A stretch of DNA of 64,000 nt from the NCBI GenBank assembly GCA_020429915.1, contig JAGQKV010000002.1, positions 192,061-256,060 of the forward strand. The letters run 5' to 3'. The position numbers and the translations under genes are program-made. Numbering within the stretch: position 1 is the first letter of the stretch; the number at the start of each line of letters is the position of its first letter. Shown one piece after another: positions 8,782 through 18,721 of the stretch. Source of the stretch: Candidatus Omnitrophota bacterium. GTDB lineage: Bacteria > Omnitrophota > Gorgyraeia > Zapsychrales > Zapsychraceae. Under the pieces are notes generated by a model. That model was not told where the DNA came from, searched no databases, and saw nothing but the letters and a program-made list of their open reading frames with translations.

Positions 8782-9213
8782 TTAAAATATCCATTCCCAA
8801 ACTATACCATCTTCTTCGTCATTAACTTCACCAATTAATTGAAAGCCGCTCTTTTCAAGTATTCGCGTTGATGCATTTTTTTCACAAAGCGTTCTGGCAG
8901 TGATCGTAATATTGGCATCACTACTGTTTGCCAATTGGATCAATTCCTTTACCATTTCTGAAGCATAACCCTTACCTTCGAATCCAGGAAATGTAAAATA
9001 GGCTATTTCTACCTTATTTTCCCTTGGCGGATACTTAAATCCACATGTTCCGGTGCATTGCTTCCGATCGTATGCAAAATAACATATCCAGGGAGGTATG
9101 TATCCCACTTTCTGATATAGCGCCCTTGTTAAAGAGATAAGCTGAGCCATTAACTCAGGTTTATCGGCAAGGCATTGAAAATCATTGTTTTCATCGATTT
9201 GTAATAGTCTCAT
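8782..9213 (-). CDS. GNAT-family N-acetyltransferase
   Basis: 143 aa; acetyl-CoA-binding-like motif EGKGYASEMVKELI. Confidence 0.75.
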   Translation of the reverse strand: MRLLQIDENNDFQCLADKPELMAQLISLTRALYQKVGYIPPWICYFAYDRKQCTGTCGFKYPPRENKVEIAYFTFPGFEGKGYASEMVKELIQLANSSDANITITARTLCEKNASTRILEKSGFQLIGEVNDEEDGIVWEWIF

Positions 9214-9663
9214 TTATTCTTTCAGCATCAATCGAAACGGGACCATAGTCGATAATTTAAAGCCATGTTTCAGATAAAACCTCTGGGCTGAAGTGTTTGT
9301 TTGATCGGTCAGCAATGTGATTCGCCTGCAGCCGTTGATGTGTGCCACTTGAATAGCGCTTTCAAGTAACTTTGATCCAATGCCGTTACCTCTTGTCTCA
9401 GGCAAGATTACCATATCTTCGAGTATAGCCACGCGTTCGCCCAAGGCAGTAGAAACTGTAAACAGTACGTTGACCATCCCCACAATTTTATTATCCATTC
9501 TAGCGATCATGATGTGCCCAATTTCAGGATTCTCCATAATTTTCAGCAACCCTTTCCTCTGGGCTTCAGCATTTGGCGCAAATTCTTCCTCTTGAGAGAA
9601 AAGTATGTCTAAAAGACGACAAAGTTCGGGGATGTCTGAGTCTGATGCATTAAGAATTTCCAT
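9214..9663 (-). CDS. GNAT-family N-acetyltransferase
   Basis: ...RGNGIGSKLLESAI... Start chosen at MEILNASD to abut the upstream methyltransferase. Confidence 0.75.
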   Translation of the reverse strand: MEILNASDSDIPELCRLLDILFSQEEEFAPNAEAQRKGLLKIMENPEIGHIMIARMDNKIVGMVNVLFTVSTALGERVAILEDMVILPETRGNGIGSKLLESAIQVAHINGCRRITLLTDQTNTSAQRFYLKHGFKLSTMVPFRLMLKE

Positions 9664-9664
9664 C

Positions 9665-10435
9665 TTATTTGTTTCCCACGTATATTGATATTGGGTAGGA
9701 AAAATGGATTTCCTCATTCACTGTGCGCGCATTTATCCCTAAAGCATCCACGCCAATGTCATCTTTAAAGATTTCCCTTATCTTTTCATCATCCCCAGGT
9801 TTTGGAAAAGAAGTTTTCAGTTGTTTTTCAAGTTCCATTTCAACATAATATTCCGTTCTTTTTAGATTTTGAAGTCCGGATTTGTTTAGAAGTTTTTCCC
9901 ATTGATCGAACGATAAGGCGCGCGTATGTGATGGGTCCCGTAGTTTTTCCATATGATTGTATGCATCGACCTTTTCCGAGGGCAGAACAGGATCAGCGAT
10001 CAGAACGACACCGCCTTTCGTGCAGACGCGAATCATCTCATTCAGAACAGCCTCAGTATCCAGAAAGTGGTGAAAAGTGAATCGCGTAATCACTGCTGAA
10101 AACGAACCGGAATCATAGGGTAATGGCAACACGCTTCCGACATCCCACGACAAGTTTTTCAAACCCAGTTGCTTTTGCCGGATATTGGCCTGCTTGATCA
10201 TCTCTTCTGTGATATCGATGCCTTTTACCTGCTTGGCAATTTTTGCAAATTCACAGGCAACTAGTCCTGGCCCGCACGCAACATCTAAAACAATGTCGCT
10301 GTCCGAAACCCCACTTAATTCAATCAAGAGTTGAATTGAGTCTAGATGTCCCGGCAGTGTTGCAAAAGGAATCGCCTGCTTTGTAAACTGGTTAATTATT
10401 TCATCATCATGTCTTTGCTGCTTTTTTCGTTTCAC
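9665..10435 (-). CDS. class I SAM-dependent methyltransferase
   Basis: VLDVACGPGLVACEF is a Rossmann motif I. Confidence 0.85.
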   Translation of the reverse strand: MKRKKQQRHDDEIINQFTKQAIPFATLPGHLDSIQLLIELSGVSDSDIVLDVACGPGLVACEFAKIAKQVKGIDITEEMIKQANIRQKQLGLKNLSWDVGSVLPLPYDSGSFSAVITRFTFHHFLDTEAVLNEMIRVCTKGGVVLIADPVLPSEKVDAYNHMEKLRDPSHTRALSFDQWEKLLNKSGLQNLKRTEYYVEMELEKQLKTSFPKPGDDEKIREIFKDDIGVDALGINARTVNEEIHFSYPISIYVGNK

Positions 10436-10452
10436 AACTATTTCCTTTTTGT

Positions 10453-10656
10453 TTATTCAGTATATGCTTTTTTTAGAACAGCTATATCATCTTTCTTGCC
10501 CTTGAGAAATGTTTGGATAATGCGTGTGATTTTGCTAGCATCGTTTGATTGCATCATTGCGTTTAGTGCGGCAGGACAATTCAGATAGGCTGAAGGGACT
10601 CCAGAAATTGCCTCTATCCTACCGGTCATCAGCGTTTTAGGAGGTTCTACGGCCAA
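10453..10656 (-). CDS. short hypothetical ORF, possibly a gene remnant
   Basis: 67 aa ORF with no motif. Confidence 0.25.
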   Translation of the reverse strand: MAVEPPKTLMTGRIEAISGVPSAYLNCPAALNAMMQSNDASKITRIIQTFLKGKKDDIAVLKKAYTE

Positions 10657-10710
10657 GCGTAAAAAGATAGGTGCACACGTTTCCGGGAGCTGTCGTTAAT
10701 GATTGATTTT

Positions 10711-11064
10711 TTATTCGTAATGAGCATAAGCTTTTACGACCTTACCGTAAGTGTTGAAATGAAAAACCTCGGCCGCAGGCTGCCTGCCAACGCCATGATA
10801 ATATAGTGTCACACTCTCTACCCCCACCAGCACCGTGATCAACTCAAAGTGAAGATCCGGCATCCTATCAAGCGCCTTGGTCCAATATTCCCGAACCTTT
10901 GCCTTCCCTTTAAGCTTGCCGGAAGGTTCCCCGATAATACGGACAATTTTTGGGGAATTCATTTCAAAATTATCTGTATAATGCGTCAGCACTTGTTCAA
11001 TATTATGCGCGTTCCAAGCGCTAATCCACTCATTGGCAAACTGTATAGCAAAATTCCTATCCAT
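10711..11064 (-). CDS. NTF2-like / SnoaL-like (ketosteroid-isomerase fold) protein
   Basis: 117 aa; pattern ...WISAWNAHNIEQVLTHYTDNFEM... is typical. Confidence 0.65.
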   Translation of the reverse strand: MDRNFAIQFANEWISAWNAHNIEQVLTHYTDNFEMNSPKIVRIIGEPSGKLKGKAKVREYWTKALDRMPDLHFELITVLVGVESVTLYYHGVGRQPAAEVFHFNTYGKVVKAYAHYE

Positions 11065-11366
11065 GTCTCTTGTCTTATCCCGGCGTTGAGGTGATTATGA
11101 AATGGCTTTTAGAGTTAGTTGACGCATTTCTTAAATATTTTGTTTTCAAAAAATGGGTGGTGTTTCAGAAATCGCGTGAAATATCAATTGGCGAAGCTCC
11201 ATAAGCTTTTGTCTGATCTCAGGTGAGAAATCAGAAGACACCTTTCTTACACATAGATTTGTAAGTTTATTGTTCATATAGTTTAGGTCTTGCTATACGG
11301 GCATTTATCCGACTCTATACCGGAAAGGCTGTTGCGGAGTTCTGATACGAATTAATTCCCCTGCCT

Positions 11367-11603
11367 TCAGGTCCTGCGTGAATCTGACTTTTTCTTAAAA
11401 GGCTTCTTCACACCCGAGTAAAACGGTTTTCTGTCGTTCTTCTCTTTATCACCGGAATAGGGACGCGGCTGATATCTGCCGCCGCCCTGCGGCCTGCCCT
11501 GGGTCTGCTGGATGAGCGTGTCGATCTTCTTTTCCAGATACATCATACGCTTCTGCAAATCTTTAGTGATGTTTAGAATTTCTGAATCCTTTTCGGGTGC
11601 CAT
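11367..11603 (-). CDS. small basic hypothetical protein
   Basis: 78 aa. A conserved promoter module (TATAAT at 11673-11668) and an AAGGA Shine-Dalgarno 9 nt upstream support expression. Confidence 0.45.
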   Translation of the reverse strand: MAPEKDSEILNITKDLQKRMMYLEKKIDTLIQQTQGRPQGGGRYQPRPYSGDKEKNDRKPFYSGVKKPFKKKSDSRRT

Positions 11604-11791
11604 GTAGGTATCCTTTGATTAATGGGGAAATGTCCCCGGTCTGCGGAATCGGTGGTCGTAACGGCGAATTATAGCGGTTTCACCGGATTTAAACAAGGCG
11701 GGACTTGGGTGTTCCAAACGGGCAATTACCCGACTCTATACCGGAAAGGTTGTTGCGGGGTCCTCAAACGAATGATTCCAGAACATTGCAT

Positions 11792-12535
11792 TTAATTGGT
11801 GCTTCCTTTTGTTGGAAAAGGGACGAAATACGGCGAATTCATTCCGATGCTGGCATCCTCTACGACGCCTGCGTCAAAAATGCGTATGTAGAGGGCAGCC
11901 TTCATTTTAGCGACAGATTTTGGAAATGCATCCAATGCAAAATTCTTGGCATTTTCGATTGTATCAAACGCATAAAATCCACCTACGGTATTTGTATTCA
12001 CGCCGCTAAGCCATGTTTTGGCAAGAAGCCCCGGTTGAGTCTTCAAAATTGGATTGCGCTCATTCCAAGGGAACTCTTCAAAAGGTACGTTGACCTGCAC
12101 CTCCGTATAGACGAAGGCCCCTGGTTTTTTGTCAAGTTTCCCTCCAAAATCAACCGACCCCATGTCTTGACTCGCCTCCTTAACCTTCACCGCATCAAAG
12201 ATACGCGTGGTATGCCCCTTCCCCTGTTTCATGGCCCCGGCAGGAAAAAACTCCGTAACATATTTCTGGGCATTTTCAATGCTGTCAAACGAATAGAAGC
12301 CCCCAACAGAATTATTGCCCAATCCCGAAAGCCAGGTTTTGCATATAAAACCCGGTTGTGAGGATATAACGGGATTGCGTTTATCCCATGGAACTTGTTC
12401 AAATGGGACTGAATTCTGAACCTCCGTATAAACAAATGCCATTGTGGTGGAGTTGTCTGAGTGAGCTTGTGAGGGAATGGTTGACAAAATGAAAAGTGAG
12501 AGAGATAAAATGTAAATAAGACTCTTTTTGGTCAT
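11792..12535 (-). CDS. secreted protein with two tandem YdhR-like (putative monooxygenase, PF08803-like) domains
   Basis: Signal peptide MTKKSLIYILSLSLFILS, then a twofold repeat FVYTEVQ..VPFE..PW..RNP..QPG..KTWLSG...VGGFY.FD.IENA. PGF..K.W......GG.Y.F resembles E. coli YdhR. Confidence 0.6.
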   Translation of the reverse strand: MTKKSLIYILSLSLFILSTIPSQAHSDNSTTMAFVYTEVQNSVPFEQVPWDKRNPVISSQPGFICKTWLSGLGNNSVGGFYSFDSIENAQKYVTEFFPAGAMKQGKGHTTRIFDAVKVKEASQDMGSVDFGGKLDKKPGAFVYTEVQVNVPFEEFPWNERNPILKTQPGLLAKTWLSGVNTNTVGGFYAFDTIENAKNFALDAFPKSVAKMKAALYIRIFDAGVVEDASIGMNSPYFVPFPTKGSTN

Positions 12536-12716
12536 AGAGTTTGTCTCCGGTTGAACGAATGAATATTCTTCTCGTTGATTGGCGTTTGTCTTCTCATTTC
12601 GACAAATGATTTCCTGATTTGAGAGTGTTCTGGCCATATGTTACGCCGATGCTTTGGCGAAGTCTACATTGCCGGTCTTAACGCATTTTCCTCCTATTCA
12701 TGCGGCAACATGGGGG

Positions 12717-13193
12717 TTATTTATCCTTCTTGGAGTCTTGCTCCTCTTCAAGGATGCTCAAATAAGTGCAGGCATCACCGTTAATGCCGATCTTTACTTT
12801 TTTCCCGATGCTCTTGCTTAATTCTTCGTCTGTGTCGGTCTTTTGCATGAGGTTAAGGTTGCCGCTTATGGCCGCCATAAAGAAATCATCCTCATTTTTG
12901 TATCCGTATTCAATCCCTTGAGTTTCTTTCGAAAGGGTGCATTTAACGGACGTTTCTTTTAAAGGACCTGTCAGCATTTTTACTTCGATAATACCGCCAG
13001 GTTGGTAGGACAAGATTATGGCTTGAAATACCTGAATGGCCTTCATGGTTCCGCTTTTAAAGAGTTCGGAGGCATCGGTTATTAATTCAACCTCGTCTTC
13101 CATATTATCCGCTTTTGATTGGGCTGCGGCCGGCATGGCCACGAAGCCGTTTGTACACACAAGCACTAATCCCACCAGTAGCCAATTTTTCAT
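12717..13193 (-). CDS. secreted hypothetical protein
   Basis: 158 aa with a signal peptide. Confidence 0.5.
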   Translation of the reverse strand: MKNWLLVGLVLVCTNGFVAMPAAAQSKADNMEDEVELITDASELFKSGTMKAIQVFQAIILSYQPGGIIEVKMLTGPLKETSVKCTLSKETQGIEYGYKNEDDFFMAAISGNLNLMQKTDTDEELSKSIGKKVKIGINGDACTYLSILEEEQDSKKDK

Positions 13194-13203
13194 TGTGCCT
13201 CCC

Positions 13204-13728
13204 TCATGCGCCGCCGGCGCTATAAGATTTTATCTGAATATTGTGAATGATTTTAAACAGGTCGCTGTCCGGATCTATGACATTTTGACAGCTGTCGAGT
13301 AAAACCTTGCCGCGGTTGGTCGAAAACGCATAGATAAACTGCGCTCCGTCATAGGCGGTCGGACACGTGCCCGTAAATTTGGTTGCCCGGATACTTTCAA
13401 AATCAGTCGTCTCGATCAGCCAGATTAATTCCATGAAGTCTTGTTGATCGATCTCGAAGGACCGCTCGCGGACAGGTTTTTCAGGCGGGCCTTCTTGAAC
13501 GCTGCCTGTGCCATCCTGGTAAACCGACAAGGTGGTGCGACATTGGCCGTAAGAGCACATCCCGCCGACATTGCGGACCTGTAGCAAGGCCTTAGGCGGC
13601 GTCGCCGTCTTTTCCTGCGCCCGACCGGGCGCGGTGCCGAGAAGGACCGTCCAACAGAATAGGATAATAATCCTGCGATATATCCGGACCCTTCCCGCTT
13701 CACATGAGGCGTGCGGGAAAGTCATCAT
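13204..13728 (-). CDS. secreted hypothetical protein, possibly leaderless
   Basis: The TATAAT of the conserved promoter module sits at 13742-13737, so the ATG at 13728 lies about 8 nt downstream of the -10. The track ORF starts at a TTG at 13737. Confidence 0.45.
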   Translation of the reverse strand: MMTFPHASCEAGRVRIYRRIIILFCWTVLLGTAPGRAQEKTATPPKALLQVRNVGGMCSYGQCRTTLSVYQDGTGSVQEGPPEKPVRERSFEIDQQDFMELIWLIETTDFESIRATKFTGTCPTAYDGAQFIYAFSTNRGKVLLDSCQNVIDPDSDLFKIIHNIQIKSYSAGGA

Positions 13729-13904
13729 AATGGGCAATTATAACGGTTTCGGCGGATTTAAACAAGGCGGGAGTTGGGGGCGTCCGGAAGGGGTATCGAC
13801 CTCATTGACGGACGGAGAGGCTGATGCGGAATTTTTTGTACGAATTACGTAAAGCTGCCGGCCCGATAACACCGGGCCGGCATTAATTTGTCAACAAATT
13901 ACCC

Positions 13905-14495
13905 CTAACTGCGTTTGCGCCGGCGGAATCCGATGCCGAGCAGGCCGCTGCCCAAAAGGGCCAAAGTCGCCGGTTCCGGGACGGTTGCCCGAACAGGGTC
14001 TCCATAAACCTGTAGTCCGGCGGTAAATTTGTAGCCGTTTACCAATGGTGAGAGGTCGTTTATAGTCACCTTCAGTTGCGAAATATCATAACCGGCAAAG
14101 TCAATTCCGTTGCTGCTAAACGATGTTGCGCCGAATTTCAGACTTTCCGGAGTTGTGACGGTATAATTCAGTGAATCAATCGTGCTTACCCACTGGGTAC
14201 TTTCGTTGATGCCGTCCGTGAGAAACGCTTCAAAGGCGGCAAAACCTGCATCTCCCGGGCCGGAGGTGTACATTGTGCCGATCAACGAGGTGTCGCTCCA
14301 GTCAATGGTAAAATCGAACACCTCGCTTTGCGGTTGACCGAGATATCCATAGTTCAGACTGGCGATAGATGAGTTTAGCTGGCTCTCCCCTCTGACAAAA
14401 TAAGCGGGATCATCAAACAATAGCACGGCCTCGCTCGTAGTCTGAACACATAGCGAAATCCCGAACACCAGCATAAGTGCGGCAAATTTCTTCAT
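13905..14495 (-). CDS. PEP-CTERM sorting-domain protein
   Basis: C-terminal VPEPATLALLGSGLLGIGFRRRKRS; N-terminal signal peptide. Confidence 0.85.
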   Translation of the reverse strand: MKKFAALMLVFGISLCVQTTSEAVLLFDDPAYFVRGESQLNSSIASLNYGYLGQPQSEVFDFTIDWSDTSLIGTMYTSGPGDAGFAAFEAFLTDGINESTQWVSTIDSLNYTVTTPESLKFGATSFSSNGIDFAGYDISQLKVTINDLSPLVNGYKFTAGLQVYGDPVRATVPEPATLALLGSGLLGIGFRRRKRS

Positions 14496-14821
14496 CGTTT
14501 AATCCTCCTCGATGGGTGACGCAAGATTGTGTCGCGTCTAAGAGTTAGTTGTAACAGGGATGCCGGATCGAAATCGATCCGAATGGCTGCCACCGATGGT
14601 ATCATTCCGGGGCGTTGCGTGTCAACACGTCAACGTAGGACATACTCGGACATGGAGTTCTTGAGGAGTTCATCCCCCTCCTGGGCTATCCCGGGATCAG
14701 TGGCAAAATTTAAGGCGTACTCGGGATTCCAGTTTCAGGCGGGATTTGCAGGATCGGCCGCACGAATTTTGAGGATTTCTCGGCCTGCGATCCATTCTCC
14801 GGGGGCACATGCAAATCGGTA

Positions 14822-15424
14822 CTAATTGATGGCCTTCCCTTTATACGTCCACGTCCCCGTTACCGGATCGCCTTCGGCGTTGGCCGGATCATTGATCATT
14901 TGTTCAATCACGGAGTCATCGGATCTAAAATCGTACTTGCCGGCATAAACGTCTCGCGCATCGTGACGGGTGCGGCATTCGCTGCAGGTGACGCCGCCGG
15001 ATACCGTGATTTCCGGAATCTGCGCCAGCTCCGCTATCGTATCTTTTTTAAACAGGATCGTCCCGCAGGACCGGCATTTCCAGTATTTCTTCGCGGACTT
15101 ATCGGCGGTCGCCTTCATTGCGGTATGCTGGACCAAAGGCTTGCTTTTGCCGGTTTTAACCGGTCTGCGCATTTCGCGCTCCGCTCCGGACAACACCAGC
15201 CGATATACGGGATACAAAATAATGCCCAATCCCAAGAGCGTGACAAAGGGGCCTACGCCCACCAGCAGAAACACTTCCCGCTCCGAGTGCATAAACTCGC
15301 CGAAGAAGTAACGGACCCCGAATATATTGCGCAGCGCCAGATTGATCAGGCCGATCACGAACATGGCGGCAAAACCGAAAAACCACAGCACGGGCAACAG
15401 GAACAGATATTCCTTCAGATGAAC
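14822..15424 (-). CDS. membrane protein with C-terminal double-CxxC zinc ribbon
   Basis: TM segment YLFLLPVLWFFGFAAMFVIGL; CRSCG...CSECRTRH. The track ORF N-terminus (to 15574) overlaps the radical-SAM gene, so the true start (probably a GTG) is uncertain. Confidence 0.5.
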   Translation of the reverse strand, partial: VHLKEYLFLLPVLWFFGFAAMFVIGLINLALRNIFGVRYFFGEFMHSEREVFLLVGVGPFVTLLGLGIILYPVYRLVLSGAEREMRRPVKTGKSKPLVQHTAMKATADKSAKKYWKCRSCGTILFKKDTIAELAQIPEITVSGGVTCSECRTRHDARDVYAGKYDFRSDDSVIEQMINDPANAEGDPVTGTWTYKGKAIN

Positions 15425-15449
15425 CAGGGAGCTTTGTGAGGAGTCTTCA

Positions 15450-16958
15450 CTACGAGGCACAGGAGCACTGCCCTTCCTTGTCTTTACTGCCTTTTGCCGC
15501 AGACCCGCACGGGGACGGTGCGGATTCCTTGTTCCGGCTGTAATAGACCTTGAGATTCCCGATGCCCATGGCAAGCAGCTGCACGGGATTGCGTTTGAAA
15601 CAGCGGAACTGCATCCAGCCGAAACAGACGATAAAGACCTGTTCGAAAAACCAGTTGGGCGGCAGGCGGATCAGCCGCCGGATGAGGGGCTCCATCCACG
15701 GGAATTTGACGGCCAGATAAAAGAATTTGTGCAGATTGACCAGCTCCCGGATATTGTCCTGTTTCAGTAACGAACCCTTGAAAAAGGTGGAGTCGTATCC
15801 GGCCGGGTCCGGCTCGTCCAGCAGGCCGTCCTTCTTCATTTGGTTGGTCAGGACCAGCTCCGGGTAAGGTTGAAATACGGAGTAATAGAGATAGTCGGTC
15901 TTGGCCTCGCGGTTCAGGCGGACGGTCTCAAAGGCATTGTCCACGGTCTCGCCCGGCAGGCCCAGCATGTTCGACGTCAGAAAGCGGATGCCGTGACGGT
16001 GCAGGCGGTCGGCCGTCTGGAAGAATTGCTCGTTGGTGAAGCGCTTGTTAAGTACCTTGTGCCGGAGTTCCTCGTTACCGGTCTCAAGACCGAGGCACAC
16101 CCGGAACACTCCGGCCTCCGCCAACAGCTCCGCGGTTTCCTCGTCCACCGTATCGGCGGTCACGCTGCAGATAAACGGCACGGTGATATTTTCTTTGTAC
16201 AGCCCGCAGAATTCGCGCAGCCAGGTCTTGTTGACGGTGAAGAGTTCGTCCACGAAAGTGAAGGACTTGGGGTGATAACGTTCCTGCAGTTCCTTCAGCT
16301 GGTCGATCATGTATTGGGGGGAATGTTTGCGGATGAACTGGCCCTTTCCGCGCATCATTTCCTTGAGCGTGGTGTTCATGCAGTAGGAACAGTTAAAGGT
16401 GCAGCCGCGGCCGGCAATCACATCCAGGGAATCCAGCCGGTCAAAGTATCCGGACTTCGCGTACATCTCGCGGTCGGGGAACGGCAGGTCATCGAGGTTT
16501 TCGACCAGATTCCCCATGGGGTTCTCAACGACGCCCTGCGGTGTCCGGACCCACAGGCTGCGGATCCGCGAATAGTCCGCTCCCGTGGCGACCTTGCGGC
16601 AGAGTTCGCGCATGGCCGGCTCCCCCTCGCCCTGGCAGGCGACGTCGATGCTCGCGTGCGCCATGGTTTGGGCCGGGAAAAGCGTGGCCTGTGTGCCGCC
16701 GACCACCACGAGTATTTCGGGCCGCTTGCGTTTGATCCGGTCCGCGATCAGCAGGGTCCACTCGATATCACCTGTGGCCGTCAGGGCCGAAAACATGACC
16801 ACATCCGGCGCCAGCTCGAGGATCTCCTGGGCGGCCTTCTGGGGATCGGCCTGCATGACCAGGTCCGTTTCGTGGCCGTCCTCCTTCAGGACGGCGGAAA
16901 TGGTCATGAACCCGAACAGGGAATACACGATGCGCTGGCAAAAAACGATCTTGAGCAT
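15450..16958 (-). CDS. B12-binding-domain radical SAM protein (class B radical SAM)
   Basis: 502 aa; N-terminal cobalamin-binding-like region, then CTFNCSYC as a CxxxCxxC motif. Confidence 0.85.
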   Translation of the reverse strand: MLKIVFCQRIVYSLFGFMTISAVLKEDGHETDLVMQADPQKAAQEILELAPDVVMFSALTATGDIEWTLLIADRIKRKRPEILVVVGGTQATLFPAQTMAHASIDVACQGEGEPAMRELCRKVATGADYSRIRSLWVRTPQGVVENPMGNLVENLDDLPFPDREMYAKSGYFDRLDSLDVIAGRGCTFNCSYCMNTTLKEMMRGKGQFIRKHSPQYMIDQLKELQERYHPKSFTFVDELFTVNKTWLREFCGLYKENITVPFICSVTADTVDEETAELLAEAGVFRVCLGLETGNEELRHKVLNKRFTNEQFFQTADRLHRHGIRFLTSNMLGLPGETVDNAFETVRLNREAKTDYLYYSVFQPYPELVLTNQMKKDGLLDEPDPAGYDSTFFKGSLLKQDNIRELVNLHKFFYLAVKFPWMEPLIRRLIRLPPNWFFEQVFIVCFGWMQFRCFKRNPVQLLAMGIGNLKVYYSRNKESAPSPCGSAAKGSKDKEGQCSCAS

Positions 16959-17050
16959 AGCTCTCCTTGGTGAATGCTACGGGGATTATACAGGCATCCG
17001 GCGGGTATGGCAAGCCGGGGAGAATGCGGATATATGACGATAACAGGTGC

Positions 17051-17641
17051 TTATGCGGCCTTCTTGTAATTGACCGTGAGCCCCGCGAAGGTACGGTATT
17101 GGCGGTATTTCTCCAATCCGGCCGCGGTGAAGAGCGCGTTGAGCTCCCCTTCCTCCAACTTGTCCGGGTCCCCTTTCATCTCCGTGACCGACACCACACC
17201 GCCGGTCTTGAGTGTCCGGGCGATTTCTTGCACATAAACGTCGCGGTTCGCGACCTCGCCCATCACGGTCACCAGAAAGATCCGGTCAAAGGTGTTGTCC
17301 GCAAACGGAAACCGGGCGCCACCTGCGCGGTGATATTCCACGTTCGTATATCCGCGTTTCACCAGGCGGCGGCGTGCGTGATCGAGCATTTCCTGCTGGA
17401 TGTCATAGAGATAAAGTTTCCCTTGGGGAAGGTGTTTGGCCGCTTCGATGCTGAAGTAGCCGGGGCCGGGCCCGATCTCCAGGACGTGGTAGCTGTCGGC
17501 GAGGTCCAGTCTGTCGATCAAGGTGGCCGGCGACAACAGCAACCTGCGCAGCGGGATCAACAGGGTGAAGGCCATTTGATAGGGAAACACACCTTTACCG
17601 GCGAATCTCTCGGAGACGGATTTTGGGTCTTTTTGAGGCAT
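17051..17641 (-). CDS. class I SAM-dependent methyltransferase
   Basis: VLEIGPGPGYFSIEAAK is motif I. Confidence 0.8.
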   Translation of the reverse strand: MPQKDPKSVSERFAGKGVFPYQMAFTLLIPLRRLLLSPATLIDRLDLADSYHVLEIGPGPGYFSIEAAKHLPQGKLYLYDIQQEMLDHARRRLVKRGYTNVEYHRAGGARFPFADNTFDRIFLVTVMGEVANRDVYVQEIARTLKTGGVVSVTEMKGDPDKLEEGELNALFTAAGLEKYRQYRTFAGLTVNYKKAA

Positions 17642-17670
17642 CTTATTTTACTGGGGGACGCGGTCCTGTA

Positions 17671-18114
17671 TCACTGCGGTTCCTGGGCATCCTCGCGGCC
17701 GAAGATCGTGATCAGCCAGTAGCCGATACTCAACGCCAGGATGACCACCGCCGTCGCCCATATATAATGTGGGGAAAGTTTGTCGTAGTCGAAGATAATG
17801 ACTTTTCGGGCGATGGCCATGAGCGCCGTGGCCAGGACGATCTTGACGTGGATCACTTCTTCCTTGAGATAGATTGTGATGTTAATAAAGATTTCAATGG
17901 CGATCAGCACCGCCATAAAGGCGCCGAACGTGGCCAGGATGTCATTGATGTTCAGCAGCATGAAGGGCGGCCGGACGAGGCTTTTGTAAAGCTCGTAAAC
18001 AACGTCCCCTACCCCCCAGATGATGACAAATGTCATCAGGATGGCCAGTAAACGTACGGCGAAGTGGATGATTTTCTGGAGATAGATGATCAGCGGTTCA
18101 TCGACAGCTTTCAT
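17671..18114 (-). CDS. psiE: phosphate-starvation-inducible PsiE-family membrane protein
   Basis: 147 aa, four TM segments; the pattern resembles PsiE. Confidence 0.6.
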   Translation of the reverse strand: MKAVDEPLIIYLQKIIHFAVRLLAILMTFVIIWGVGDVVYELYKSLVRPPFMLLNINDILATFGAFMAVLIAIEIFINITIYLKEEVIHVKIVLATALMAIARKVIIFDYDKLSPHYIWATAVVILALSIGYWLITIFGREDAQEPQ

Positions 18115-18191
18115 AATGTAATCCGTTCCTTTGTGTTTGAAAGATTGAAGCCGGGTATCGAGTCAGGGAACCCGGATCCCGCGCGTTTTAT

Positions 18192-18485
18192 TCATTGCGT
18201 TGGCTGTGACTTGAACCATTTCTTTGCGCTAGGCCGGCGGTGCGGGCAGCCTGGCCAGCAACACGGGCGGCGTTTCCCCGCACGCAGATCAGTTTGAAAC
18301 CGCTCCAGCCGTTTCGCCCGTGTGTTCTCGCCCTTGGCGATCGTCATCCAGCAGATCCATTCATTGCGGGCCAGCGGCGTGAGCCCGTTCCAAATCGTCC
18401 GCAGGTCCGCGTACGCTGTCAGCACGGCGCGCAGATCAGTGTGGACCTTGTGAACGACTCCGGTGGAGATAGTAGTGTTGGACAT
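18192..18485 (-). CDS. YdeI/OmpD-associated family protein
   Basis: LTPLARNEWICWMTIAKGENTRAKRLERF...GKRRPCCWPGCPHR is characteristic. Confidence 0.65.
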   Translation of the reverse strand: MSNTTISTGVVHKVHTDLRAVLTAYADLRTIWNGLTPLARNEWICWMTIAKGENTRAKRLERFQTDLRAGKRRPCCWPGCPHRRPSAKKWFKSQPTQ

Positions 18486-18489
18486 GGGT

Positions 18490-18672
18490 GCCTTATTGCA
18501 AAGGTAATATCGAATCGTCGAATGCTTGAATGTTTAAAACAATTTCGAATCATTGAATGCTCGAGACAATATCTGATCAGTCAATATTCGAATGTTTCAA
18601 ACGATCCAGGTTTAGAACATTCGGTGATTGGACAATTAGAATTTGTTTCGAGCCTTCGAGGATTCGGAATTA
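18490..18672. repeat. TTCGAA-module composite repeat, copy A
   Basis: Aligns base-for-base over about 160 bp with copy B (gaatgyttgaatrtttaaaacaatwtcgaatc...caatattcgaatstttcaaacg..caggttt..aacattcggtgat...). Confidence 0.85.
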
Positions 18673-18721
18673 CAAATGGCTCCTTCCGCTCCAACCAGGG
18701 TGCTTCTCAGGAGAGCGCCCC

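Noticed and set aside
15840-16973. 377-aa plus-strand ORF
   Set aside because: Antisense to the well-supported class B radical SAM gene; no motifs.
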